From a virus (taxonomy: Duplodnaviria > Caudoviricetes): a DNA stretch of 64,000 nt. Where the stretch lies: the IMG/VR virus record IMGVR_UViG_3300028888_000001. One strand, 5' to 3'. Each line of letters opens with the position of its first letter. Position 1 is the stretch's first letter. This document shows, one piece after another, positions 52,152 to 62,327 of the stretch. Both the position numbers and the translations under genes were made by a program. Under the pieces are notes generated by a model. The model did no database searches and had not been told where the DNA came from. It worked only from the letters and a program-made list of their open reading frames with translations.

Positions 52152-52856
52152 ATGAAATCTAGAAAAGAAAAAATGATAGAGTATAATAAAAAATATGGTC
52201 ATATCCCTAAAGACTATATAGAACGATTAAATTGGATGTACGACACATTAAAAATAGATGATGATAAATCAAACGAAATTCTTCAAGCTAGAGCTAATTA
52301 TATAAACTCTACATATTTCGAAACTATAAGAATGATACTCTATGAGATACCAGAATATACACCTAGACCAAGAGCTAGATTAATCAATAAAGCTGGTATA
52401 CTAAATTCAGTCGGTACTAATAGTTTTATTCAAGTATATTCTATTACAGGTAAATCTAATAAAGAATATATGGCTATGTTTAAGAAAGAGAATCTTTCAT
52501 ATTTAGAACAATTATTATATACCCCATGCGATATAGAGTATAGAGTATATTTTCCAACCCCTAGTTATTATAATAAAACCCAAATATTTTTAGCGGAAAT
52601 TGGGTTAGATAGGCCATTAATAAAACCAGATTTTGATAATATTGAAAAAAGTTATTCTGACGCTTTTACTGACAATATTTGGATAGATGATATAGTTGTA
52701 GTGGATGCCACATTAAGAAAGTATTATTCTATATTACCGAGAGTAGAAATAGACTTAAAATATTCTAATCAATTATGCAATATACACCAATATAAGGCTA
52801 TGATAAAAAGAAAAGACTATAACCCCGATATGAAAATAAATTATTTCGGAGGTTGA
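52152..52856 (+). CDS. rusA: RusA-like Holliday junction resolvase
   Basis: PRPR...KPDFDNIEK...DAF...WIDD..VV...KYY...PRVEI; ATG at 52152 follows GGTGG. Confidence 0.8.
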   Translation: MKSRKEKMIEYNKKYGHIPKDYIERLNWMYDTLKIDDDKSNEILQARANYINSTYFETIRMILYEIPEYTPRPRARLINKAGILNSVGTNSFIQVYSITGKSNKEYMAMFKKENLSYLEQLLYTPCDIEYRVYFPTPSYYNKTQIFLAEIGLDRPLIKPDFDNIEKSYSDAFTDNIWIDDIVVVDATLRKYYSILPRVEIDLKYSNQLCNIHQYKAMIKRKDYNPDMKINYFGG

Positions 52857-53161
52857 TTAGTAAAATGAAAAACGTAGATGTTAGGGAAGTTTATAATAAT
52901 AAATTAAATATAGCAAATTATGATAATTTTGATTTATTGATAAGTGAGATGAATAAACGCGATAAAGAGTTAAAAATTTCAGATGGTTATGACAGAACAC
53001 TTTTATTAGACTATTCAGAAAGTAAAAATAGTATAGACTCATTTCAAAATATGTTTGGGAAGGTATTAAAATCTTGGATAAAAGAAGAAATAACTTGTCC
53101 AATAAATTATACTTACAGTTTATTCAGATTAAACAAAAACCAGTTTATAATAAAAATTTAA
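52853..53161 (+). CDS. Hypothetical protein
   Basis: 102 aa, overlaps the rusA stop, GGAGG upstream. Confidence 0.55.
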   Translation: MISKMKNVDVREVYNNKLNIANYDNFDLLISEMNKRDKELKISDGYDRTLLLDYSESKNSIDSFQNMFGKVLKSWIKEEITCPINYTYSLFRLNKNQFIIKI

Positions 53162-53212
53162 TAAAAATAATATAGCCCATAGGGATTGCTCCCTATGGGT
53201 CAGTATTTTGTT

Positions 53213-53704
53213 TTAATAACCATTAACTCCAGAAAGAGATTCTACATCATTAATCCAGTCGCTAACATTTATTTCTCTATAGTCTTTATCGTTGTCCCTA
53301 ACAAATACTTTAGAAATGCCAGCGTTAATAATCATGCGTTTACAAATAGAACAACAATTAGCATTTTCTACATATTTACCTGTTTCTTTATCTCTACCGC
53401 TTAGATATAAATATCCACCAATCATATCTTTGCGGCTAGCAGAAATTATAGCATTCTGCTCACCATGTACTGATTTACATACAGTATAATTTTGACCTCT
53501 AGGGATGCCTAATTTATTTCTTAAACATTCTCCTGAATCACAACAATTTTCTACTCCTCTAGGAGCCCCGTTATAACCAGTGCTTATTATCTCGTCATTA
53601 TTAACTATAACAGCACCATAGTTTCGTCTTAAACATGTGCCTCTCTTACTTACAGCGTCGGCAATATTAAGATAATAATTATGTTTATCTAATCTTTCAT
53701 CCAT
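53213..53704 (-). CDS. dCMP deaminase (cytidine/deoxycytidylate deaminase family)
   Basis: RGTCLRRNYGAVIV, STGYNGAPRG, HGEQNAI, CSICKRMIINAGI. Confidence 0.9.
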   Translation of the reverse strand: MDERLDKHNYYLNIADAVSKRGTCLRRNYGAVIVNNDEIISTGYNGAPRGVENCCDSGECLRNKLGIPRGQNYTVCKSVHGEQNAIISASRKDMIGGYLYLSGRDKETGKYVENANCCSICKRMIINAGISKVFVRDNDKDYREINVSDWINDVESLSGVNGY

Positions 53705-53869
53705 TTACTCATAACCTCCAGACATTTATAAATTAATATACTGTAAGGGCTTAAATAAATTATAATTAGCATTATTGCTCGAACAATATATTAAATAAAT
53801 CTATTGAAATATAGAATTATTTTTTGAGTAATTTTTATTTTATCAAAACTCAAAGGAGGCTAATACGGC

Positions 53870-55426
53870 ATGGCTAGATTAATAAAAATGACAAATGAAG
53901 CATTCTTAAAGATGGTAATTCAGACATGTTTCAAAGACCAATCAGTAACTGAGCGTGAAATTGCTGTTGGCGACGTTGTAGAAAACTTAAGATATGTTTC
54001 TGATGGAGAAATAGTTACAGTATCTGGTAAGGTATTAGACATCACTTATACATTACCATCTAGAATTGCTTTCTCTAGGACTAAACCTGCTGATACATTC
54101 TCAGCAGATGTTACTATTAATACTATTAAGATCGATGCTTCTGAGCAGTATGCTTCTAAAGTTATTGAAGTTCCTGCTATTGAAATTATTGAAGACGAAG
54201 GTGTAGAAAATGTAGAACGCATGAAATTCTACGCTACCGTTGAATTTAATATGAAGATGTATTACTCCAATAGGTCTACAGTAAATCTATCTCTTAAGGT
54301 AGGCGATAAAGTAGATGGAGTAAAAATTATGACATCTACTCCTGGAGTAGACATTGTCGGTACATTTGAGATTCTTGCATTTGGTTATACTAGAAATAGC
54401 TCTACCAAATTTACCATTAACTGCATAGCGTTTAAGAATGCTGAAGATGATACGATTGTTGTAGCAGATCTTGATAAGATTCTTGAGCTTGCTGAAGTTA
54501 TGACATATGAGTCTGCTTCTGTCGCTGAGGTTATTTCTAGTGTTCTTGAAGCTCGCGATGGAGAGACCGTTAAACTTGCTGGAGATATTGATGCTACAGC
54601 TCAGTTGATTAACGTAACAGGTAAAAATATCGAGCTTGATCTTGGCGGGAAGACTGTTACTGTAAACAGCTCCGGAACCGCTGGATTAAGTGTTGGCGAT
54701 GGTGGTGTTCTTACTATAGATGGAACCGGTACAATTGCAACTGAAACGCCGTATGATTCCACTCATGGTTATGGCGTTATAACTGCAAAAGATGGCGGAA
54801 CTCTGAATTTCAATGGTGGCACTATTAGTGCTGTTCTGGATGATCCAGTTAATAATGGTCAGTTTGGTATCAAGGCAGTTGGTACATCTGCTGTAAATAT
54901 CAATGGTGGTGAGATTAATACTGGTTGGTATGGTGTTAGCACTCATGGAACAGCCACTAATGCTGATACCGTTATTACTATCAATGGCGGTAAGCTTAAC
55001 TCTGCATCTGATTATGCTGTATATATTCCTAAGGGTAATCTGGTTGTTAATGATGGTGAGATTACTGGTGCCGCTGGTGCTATTTCTTGTAATGGCGGAA
55101 ATATCACTATCAATGGTGGCACTATTAAGTGCAGCGGTGGTGGCGATACTGGAGAATGGTCTGATGGAACAAGCGGACAGAACAATGCTGCTATTAACCT
55201 GAATGGTAAATATAGTCCTGTTACATGTACTATCCATGGCGGTACGTTTATTTCTTCTCTATCCGCTGATCCAATTATTGTTGCTGGAACTACTAAGCCT
55301 GTAACTGTAGTAATAGATGGTGGTAAGTTTAGCCAGAAGCCAGATGAATCTTGGATTGCCGATGGATATCTTGTAACTGGCGAGCCTGTAGATGGCTTCT
55401 ATGAGGTTTACAAAGCTCTTCAATAA
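53870..55426 (+). CDS. Putative virion protein with C-terminal parallel beta-helix repeats
   Basis: Repeated (I/V)xINGGxI units, strong RBS, late promoter 53782..53793. Confidence 0.6.
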   Translation: MARLIKMTNEAFLKMVIQTCFKDQSVTEREIAVGDVVENLRYVSDGEIVTVSGKVLDITYTLPSRIAFSRTKPADTFSADVTINTIKIDASEQYASKVIEVPAIEIIEDEGVENVERMKFYATVEFNMKMYYSNRSTVNLSLKVGDKVDGVKIMTSTPGVDIVGTFEILAFGYTRNSSTKFTINCIAFKNAEDDTIVVADLDKILELAEVMTYESASVAEVISSVLEARDGETVKLAGDIDATAQLINVTGKNIELDLGGKTVTVNSSGTAGLSVGDGGVLTIDGTGTIATETPYDSTHGYGVITAKDGGTLNFNGGTISAVLDDPVNNGQFGIKAVGTSAVNINGGEINTGWYGVSTHGTATNADTVITINGGKLNSASDYAVYIPKGNLVVNDGEITGAAGAISCNGGNITINGGTIKCSGGGDTGEWSDGTSGQNNAAINLNGKYSPVTCTIHGGTFISSLSADPIIVAGTTKPVTVVIDGGKFSQKPDESWIADGYLVTGEPVDGFYEVYKALQ

Positions 55427-55512
55427 ATAAAAATTAATCAAAACACATACAGGGAGAGCCGTGAGGCTCTCCATAATAATATTCAAAAACTATTTGAATT
55501 TTAAAGCATATT

Positions 55513-55671
55513 TTAAGTTAGAACGTTGCGAAGCTCATCAATATGCGCTCTTAGTATTTCGGCAACCTCATAAGGACTATATCTAATAATTTCACCAAGT
55601 TTAAATTTACATTTATCATGTTGCCCTGTTTCAATTAGAATTAATTCTATGGCGCGAATTAGTTCTTCCAT
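55513..55671 (-). CDS. Small hypothetical protein (52 aa)
   Basis: Below the track cutoff; MEELIRAIELILIETG...; AAGAGG RBS. Confidence 0.5.
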   Translation of the reverse strand: MEELIRAIELILIETGQHDKCKFKLGEIIRYSPYEVAEILRAHIDELRNVLT

Positions 55672-55762
55672 ATCATCGCCTCTTTTCTGTCCAGTTAAGT
55701 CAGTGATTAAAAGTAGATATTTTAAAGTCGATATTGTAAATGAGAGTGAGCACTCTTATTTT

Positions 55763-56340
55763 TTAATACGTAAATTCTCTATCTTGACCGACACCTAATC
55801 GTTTCATATATATTTTTCTATTTTTCTTATCTAAGCAAAAAGTATCTATACAATGGTCTTCTATTGTATGAGGCGTCCTGGTATAGGATAATTTTTCGCC
55901 ATTTTCGTAATAAGATGCAACAATATTATCACATGGCATTTGTATTTGCCATTTTCCGGTATCACCAATCTCTATTGCATTATCGTCATGATAATGACCA
56001 TTTATATGACATATATAATCAATAGGCCCTTGTTCCGTAAAATCTACATCATATTGTTGTAAAATAGTAGATCCCCTACCAATACATTGAGCGGTGCCGG
56101 AAGCCGACGACCCATTTATAAATGCTTTTATTACATTAGTAAAACCATTATTAGATAATGCTGTTAATCTATCATGGGATAATGTAAGTACCGACCATTC
56201 ATTTCTGTCATATTTATCTATAAAATTTAGCGCAACATTACAAAACCATGTAAATTGTTTTTGTTGTACAATGGTATTAGTGCCACTAGTTAATGGTTCT
56301 CCCGTTTCGTTATCAAAAATATCAGCGCTATCTATGATAT
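55763..56340 (-). pseudogene. C-terminal half of a cassette-type metallophosphoesterase
   Basis: Has LSH, NGHYH and the RT..TIED..ID...D...KIY..RLG.G..REF.Y tail shared with cassette D (partly A and B). Lacks the DxH, GD and GNH motifs and any RBS. Confidence 0.7.
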
Positions 56341-56344
56341 ATGT

Positions 56345-56539
56345 GGAGTTGATCTTGAAATTTATTATAGTGGTGCAATTAGTATAAATATTGCAAGACA
56401 AGTATTTGAATATGAATCAGAAAGTAAAGAATTAACGTATGTATCTTTACCAATTTTTAGCAATAAACCATATTTTATTTTAAATTGTAGTGCTGGTACT
56501 AATATTTATGACATAAAATTTAAAGCATCGGTATTTTAA
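56345..56539 (+). pseudogene. Start-less C-terminal fragment diverging from the metallophosphoesterase fragment
   Basis: 65-codon open frame (GVDLEIYYSGAISINIARQVFEYES...KFKASVF*) with no start codon, ending just before a terminator. Confidence 0.45.
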
Positions 56540-56614
56540 AATCATAGTTAATGCTAGTAATAAAAATATAACGGGTGGGATATCCCACCCGTTATACATA
56601 TTCCTATTTTCTTT

Positions 56615-57879
56615 TTAAGCTGAGAATTCATTCAGGTCTTTATATTGACGCATATCATATTCTTCTCTTCGTGGTTTACTCCAGGTATTAATCGCTGTGT
56701 AGAAGCCCACAATCCTGGTATATTCCGTTTCTACTTCACCTCCACATACAGGACACCTATTACCAAAGAACGCATGACCATAATGGCAAGTCTGTATGCG
56801 ATGATTAAATGCGTAGTATGTAACACCTTGATCTGCGATATATTCGATCATTTCTCTGGCTTTTTCATAAGAATCAAATGGAGCGCTCGTAGAAATATGA
56901 AGTATCGACCCGCCCGAGCAATACGAATCAAATGCTGCTGCAATTTTAATACGCTCTTGGATGGTTGTTTTAATGCCTAGAGGAATAAACTGATTACCAT
57001 ATAATGGTAAATCATATATATTTGCTTCTGGATAGAAGAACTTATCCTTCTGCATTAATTTATCTGCAGCGGATTCTCCAGGAATTTGTTCTGTATTAAT
57101 CATATAATCGCAGTTATATTTCTTAATAAAATCATCCGCTACAGAGCGCATAGTTTCAAAAATCTTTTTACCAAAATTATACGCTTCTTCTTTATAATAA
57201 GTATCATTTAATTCATCTATTTCTGTATAGCCAAAGGCTTTCATGACCTCGTAGATACCGGTAAATCCTATAGTATTATATAAATGCTCAAAATCAATTA
57301 ATCCATATGAGAAGTTAGGAAGTAATCCCTTCTCCACATTACGTTTGATAATATGACGAACTCTATCTAGAGCGATAAGATCAATTTCAACTCTTTCTTC
57401 AAGTTTCTTTAAATATAATTCTTCATTAACTTCGCCATTAGTTTCGTTTAAAACATCAAGAGCTATTCTAGCAAGATTTATAGTTGATACTTTTACAGAA
57501 CCAACTTTAAGAGCCGTCGACCCAATCGAATTAAAATAGCCCATCTCCCGGATATCTGACCGGAGTCTACAACAATTTGAGAGGCTTGAAACATTATCAT
57601 CTATAAATAGATTGCTATCAGACCATTGCATATTATGCCTAATAGCCCATTCAGCAAATTCTTCATCAATAAACTTTCCATTTTGTCGTAATAAGCTAAT
57701 CGTGCTCACCGGAAAGGTCATCATCTTGTCTCTACGAATCTCAGCCATGGTTTCCATATACCATTTCTGGAATTCGATAATTTCTTCTTCATAATCAATT
57801 ATAAATGATCCATCTGGAAATTCTGATCCACCAAATAGAGCTTCGAAATATGGACGATCAAATACGGATGTGTTAGTAA
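56615..57879 (-). CDS. nrdD: Class III anaerobic ribonucleotide reductase, exon 3
   Basis: (F)TNTSVFDRPY..., NCCRL, EQIPGES, Zn-site CHYGH...CPVC, glycyl-radical motif RIVGF. Confidence 0.92.
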
Positions 57880-59335
57880 CAAATATCTTGGATTAGACGT
57901 TACTCTAATCGCTCTCTATATCACTATAGAAGTTGAGACTATATCATGAACATATAATACTATTACCATATTATATGAACCCCACCACTTCGATTTAAAC
58001 GGACTTACCCAATCAATGCCGTACCACTTTTCATAACTAGTGGCTCTACTCTACTCGCTTCGTGCAATTTATTATTGCCTTATTTTCAATTTGCCTAGTG
58101 ATATTTTTATCAATCTATTTAGATATTTCTATCAATGCAAATTTCTAGCTTTCGATAGTCGTTGAACCTCTCTATAATATTTCAATTATAGGTTGGCTGC
58201 TGATTTTCTGCAATATTTTTATCTAGATTATGAATCTTATGATGACAATTACTACAAAGAGTTATCATATTATCTAAATCATTAAAAAGCACATCATGCT
58301 TTATTATTTCGAATAATTGCTCTATATTATCAGAAATACTATATTGCGGATTCATATTAGCGCAAATATACACAATTTGAGATAATGGTAATATATGATG
58401 ATGAACCTCTAAATTTTCCGTGCTACCGCATATTCTACATTTATATTGGTCTCTATATAAAACTACTGGATTTAAAACTTGGTTGCAATAACTACGTGCT
58501 TTTTGAGTTAAAGAAGCTTCAAAATGATGATCTGCATAAATTGCTGGTGGAGCTTCTAAAGCATTTTTCTGGGTATAACTCTTAATACCCAAATTATTAA
58601 AACATGTTTTTACAACCTGTATATCGCATCTATAAATATCTGCTATGACCCCTAAACTATAATGATGGTTATAATGGAGATTTATTAAATTATCTCTATT
58701 CATTAAATCTGGATGGATAAAGTAATTGCCATTTAATACGCGTTGTGCTTCTTGCATTGTTCGTGTTTCTATCCCATTATGCTGTAAATGTCTTATTACA
58801 ACATTATGCGAAGTTCCATACATATTTGCAATTTGCAACGCACTTAAATGCTTATTTAAATATAAATCTATCCATTCGGCATCATTGCTTGAATCATAGA
58901 CAGGATTATATTTATAAAAAGTTTTTTCTATTCCATAATTGTCTAAATATCTAGAAACCAAACGACTATTTGTATTTAATGCTCTAGCGGTATCTTCGAT
59001 AGAAAGATTTTGATTTATATACAATTCTTCCAATTGTTCTTTAGAAATTTTATTACCATTTTTCTTTATGCCATGTGTATACAACTGCCATGTTACAGCT
59101 TTCTTCGATACATTATTTTCTTGAGCAATTTGTTCGACTGATTTATTATTAATAATAAATTCTTGATAAAGATAATTTGGATCTTTGTATTTAGCATCTG
59201 GATCATTATTATAACTCATGGTATTAACCTCCGTATAAGTTTATACCAATATGTTATAATCTAAATAATGTATTACAGACGTTCCAGCAATTCAATGGGT
59301 TTTCTTATTATCTTTGTAACAAGGCCCCTACATTC
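57880..59335 (-). ncRNA. Group I intron 2 in nrdD, encodes HNH endonuclease
   Basis: 5' exon ends in U (GCCU pairs with GGGC) and the intron ends in G. P AAUUGCUGGAA, Q AAUCAGCAG, R UUCAACGACUA, S AUGAUAUAGUC. Splicing restores QSA-F-TN. Confidence 0.9.
58182..59219 (-). CDS. Intron-encoded HNH homing endonuclease with tandem HTH-like repeats
   Basis: RDQYKCRICG...LEVHH...ITLCSNCHHKIH; four 'LY....S...IA' repeats; RBS GGAGG; the 3' end overlaps intron element Q. Confidence 0.88.
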   Translation of the reverse strand: MSYNNDPDAKYKDPNYLYQEFIINNKSVEQIAQENNVSKKAVTWQLYTHGIKKNGNKISKEQLEELYINQNLSIEDTARALNTNSRLVSRYLDNYGIEKTFYKYNPVYDSSNDAEWIDLYLNKHLSALQIANMYGTSHNVVIRHLQHNGIETRTMQEAQRVLNGNYFIHPDLMNRDNLINLHYNHHYSLGVIADIYRCDIQVVKTCFNNLGIKSYTQKNALEAPPAIYADHHFEASLTQKARSYCNQVLNPVVLYRDQYKCRICGSTENLEVHHHILPLSQIVYICANMNPQYSISDNIEQLFEIIKHDVLFNDLDNMITLCSNCHHKIHNLDKNIAENQQPTYN

Positions 59336-59498
59336 AGGCAGATTGAATTGAATCTCTTACGTACGTTTGGTTAACCGCAAAAATAAAACGCTGAAAATTT
59401 TGTTGTGCGTAATATTTAGGATCTCTTACATAATATCCATCATCAACATCTTTCTTCCAGAAATAAAACATATAAGGAATTAAGTCGGGCATGCCCAC
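59336..59498 (-). CDS. nrdD: nrdD exon 2 (163 nt)
   Basis: VGMPDLIPYMFYFWKKD...QNFQRFIFAVNQTYVRDSIQSA; keeps frame with exons 1 and 3. Confidence 0.88.
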
Positions 59499-59797
59499 CG
59501 TTTTAATAGTGCTATTTACTGACTATATCTTCATCCATAATAATATTATATTCCTTTCATATACAATATTTAAATTTACTATGGAGATGCGCGCTTTGAT
59601 CAAGGAATTTCACCTTAAACCTACTCCTTTCGGATAGTCGATACACCTTTCTATTTAAATAGACTTGGCACGGGATAATATAGCTCCTCCCCCGTTAGCA
59701 TGTAGTCATTTATTCTTATCTACACACACCTAGCAATTACTAGTTCACGCATTATTTCGCGAGGAGATTACTCTCCAAGGGAGCCATGGGCAAGTTT
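59499..59797 (-). ncRNA. Group I intron 1 in nrdD (299 nt, no ORF)
   Basis: P1: exon GGAGCU pairs with GGCUCC (U.G at the splice site). P10: UGCCCAU pairs with exon-2 GUGGGCA. R UCGACUA, S AAGAUAUAGUC, terminal G. Splicing restores TSGA-VG. Confidence 0.9.
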
Positions 59798-60337
59798 AGC
59801 TCCAGATGTCCGGTTACTAGCAAAATTAACAAATTCTTTTACAAAATCTATAAATGTAATAAGATGCTTTGCTGGTTTAGCAGAATCATCACCATCAAAA
59901 TATAAGCCTTTTTCAGCTAAATCTTTGAGTGAGTAGGCGAAGCAATAGCTCCGGAAACTAGCACTACAAGCATCGTGCATGTAAAGCTCGCCAATCCACT
60001 CGGATCTTAACCATTGGTTTGCTTTAAAGAAACCATATTTCTTTTTAATCTCATAATATATTTTATTAAATGCTAATACCTTAGCATGGGGCTTTGCCAT
60101 CTCCGTTTGTAAGCACACAATATCTTTATGAGATACATTGGAGTTTGCATCTACTGATTTGTCTGCCACCACCCCATCTTTATCAATGAAATTATCAATA
60201 AAGTCTGTATAAGAAAGCTGAGAATCTGCAAAACCATTTAAACGTGCGATTTTCTCTCCAAACTCAGCCTGTAAAGCATTATATTGTGTAATAAAATCTT
60301 TATCTAGATTAATATCAATTTCCAAAGTCGATGCCAT
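59798..60337 (-). CDS. nrdD: nrdD exon 1
   Basis: MASTLEID...GELYMHD...YCFAY...PAKHL...SNRTSGA. Start at ATG 60337 preferred (GGTG RBS). Confidence 0.88.
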
Positions 60338-60417
60338 TATAAAATCACCATTTATATCGTGTATGCGCAAACATACACGAGTACACCTTCCTATCTTATT
60401 TTTTCTTATTTTATTTT

Positions 60418-60624
60418 TTATTCTTGGGAATTAACCCATTTTATAGCAGCGCCAAAATCCATTAATTCTCCATCTATTTCTAGAGCTGGTGCGCTCATCA
60501 TACCTTTAGATTCCATGATATCTATATCAGTACATACTTCATGGGCAATATTCTTCTGATTGAGCTTTACCTCTAATACATTACATTTAGGACAGTTAGT
60601 AGAGTAAAGAATAATATTAGACAT
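60418..60624 (-). CDS. Glutaredoxin/NrdH-like redoxin
   Basis: LYSTNCPKC, SAPALEIDG; directly upstream of nrdD; RBS GGAGG. Confidence 0.85.
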   Translation of the reverse strand: MSNIILYSTNCPKCNVLEVKLNQKNIAHEVCTDIDIMESKGMMSAPALEIDGELMDFGAAIKWVNSQE

Positions 60625-60833
60625 TTACAAATCCTCCTTCTTTAAGGATATATTGATTGATATATAAGCTAGAGATTATAATATAAGATATATACTCTAG
60701 CCGTGGTTACTAACATGTGACCATTATAGTAAAATTGAATTATGGTGTTAATGATAGAAATTTAAATCTCTTTAGTGTATATTAAAGAAATAAATGAAAC
60801 CCTAGAGGGAACAAATCCCTCTAGGGTTATTTT

Positions 60834-62261
60834 TTAATAAAGATCTGTAAATGCTTTTTGTGCAGCTAGTATGTTATTTAGATACATGCTAGTGTATTCT
60901 ACTATATTTGGATGGTATTTTTGTATATTATTCATATTTGAAGAATTGCAACCAGCGATTAAGAAACTACATTTATAAGATTTTATATTATATACAGATT
61001 CATCTGTAACAGCATTATTATATTGCCATACAATGATTTTACTCATATCAAAATTAGAATTATAAATATTTTGTAATGTGCCTAGATTATAACTAAAACC
61101 AAATTTGGCTAATGGATCTATGGCTAATACTTTATTCATATTTTCTACAGTATTGGAAAAGTTAAAATAAAAGCCTTTACCGCACATATTTTTATTTCTC
61201 ATTACAGTTGCAACTTCTTCAAAATTATTTATCTTTAAATCAAGATTTACATATGATCGATAACGCCATAAATAATCAATACAATCATTAAATTTATATA
61301 AATGCTGATCACCATATGTTGGATGGGTGCTTATAACAAGATTACTTAGAGTTTCCCATGTTTCATTTGCTATAGTTAATGTTGTTTCTTCTCCATTTAA
61401 AGTACCTTTAATGGTTGGATCGTGCCATATTAATAACTCACCATCAGAAGATTTTCTAATATCAAGCTCAACACATCTAAATCCATTATCCATAGCATTT
61501 TTCATGGCTATATAGCCATTATATGGTACTAAAGCTTCTGCTATACCTTGATGAATTTCTTCTATAAATGGCATTTCTGTTGATGATTTTATATTAGCTA
61601 TATTATCAAACAAAGGTATTTTATTTATAAAGCCATAATCTACAATATAGAAATATTGTAATATTTCTGTAACTGAATTTATTGCTATCTCATTAGAAAC
61701 TTTTGCAAATAATAATTTAAAATTAGTACCGGCTTTTATGGTAACAGATTCTGTTAACCAACCAGAATCATATATTCCACCTGTTTTAGTTTCATCATCT
61801 TCTTTAAATACTTGATAATTCCATCTATAATCTGGAGAAGCTGGCACTATCGTTATATCATAATCTAGCTTTACACATTTTGAAGTGCGTACTCTTCTAG
61901 AATCAGCCTGTGGGTTGTAATAATATATCGTACCAATTTCAAAATCAAATAGGCCAACTTCTTCAATATTATTGATAACTTTTTTATAGTAATCAACTTT
62001 CTCTTGCTGTTGTTCGTTTTCATTGACAAATCCTATGTATTGTGATAAAATACCGCATATAAAATAATATGGTTTGTTCAGATTACTTGCTTTACCAAAT
62101 AAAAATATATCACTATTTGAAATATTTGATCTGTCATGCATAATTTTTACTTTATTATTTTCTATACTATAATAAAAATATATTTCTTTTAAAAAAGTGA
62201 TAGTAAAATTATAAATACTATCATTAACCATATACATGGTGAGCACAAGAGATTTGTGCAT
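60834..62261 (-). CDS. Cassette-like ORF: tail module plus glycerophosphodiester phosphodiesterase (GDPD) domain, probably 5'-truncated
   Basis: HQG...ELDIRKSSDG..LIWHD...LDLK; FEIGTI..RVRT module like that in cassette D. The ATG abuts a terminator, with no RBS and no 12-bp site. Confidence 0.65.
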   Translation of the reverse strand: MHKSLVLTMYMVNDSIYNFTITFLKEIYFYYSIENNKVKIMHDRSNISNSDIFLFGKASNLNKPYYFICGILSQYIGFVNENEQQQEKVDYYKKVINNIEEVGLFDFEIGTIYYYNPQADSRRVRTSKCVKLDYDITIVPASPDYRWNYQVFKEDDETKTGGIYDSGWLTESVTIKAGTNFKLLFAKVSNEIAINSVTEILQYFYIVDYGFINKIPLFDNIANIKSSTEMPFIEEIHQGIAEALVPYNGYIAMKNAMDNGFRCVELDIRKSSDGELLIWHDPTIKGTLNGEETTLTIANETWETLSNLVISTHPTYGDQHLYKFNDCIDYLWRYRSYVNLDLKINNFEEVATVMRNKNMCGKGFYFNFSNTVENMNKVLAIDPLAKFGFSYNLGTLQNIYNSNFDMSKIIVWQYNNAVTDESVYNIKSYKCSFLIAGCNSSNMNNIQKYHPNIVEYTSMYLNNILAAQKAFTDLY

Positions 62262-62327
62262 TAAAAACAGAGGGTGGAGAAATCCACCCTCTGTATAAAA
62301 TAAATATTTATTTTTATAAATGATAAA

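Noticed and set aside
59768-59797. C-terminal KLAHGSLGE of ORF 59768..60370
   Set aside because: Read-through into intron 1 (P1/P10 region), not part of NrdD.
56615-60370. nrdD as a frameshifted pseudogene, intein-split gene or product of stop-codon recoding
   Set aside because: Group I core elements and exact frame restoration explain the breaks; very long ORFs elsewhere are intact under the standard code.
11002-62294. GGGA/TCCC hairpin family as REP/MITE elements or a CRISPR array
   Set aside because: Single copies at gene 3' ends with variable stems and T-runs, and no regular repeat-spacer pattern. Ordinary terminators explain them.
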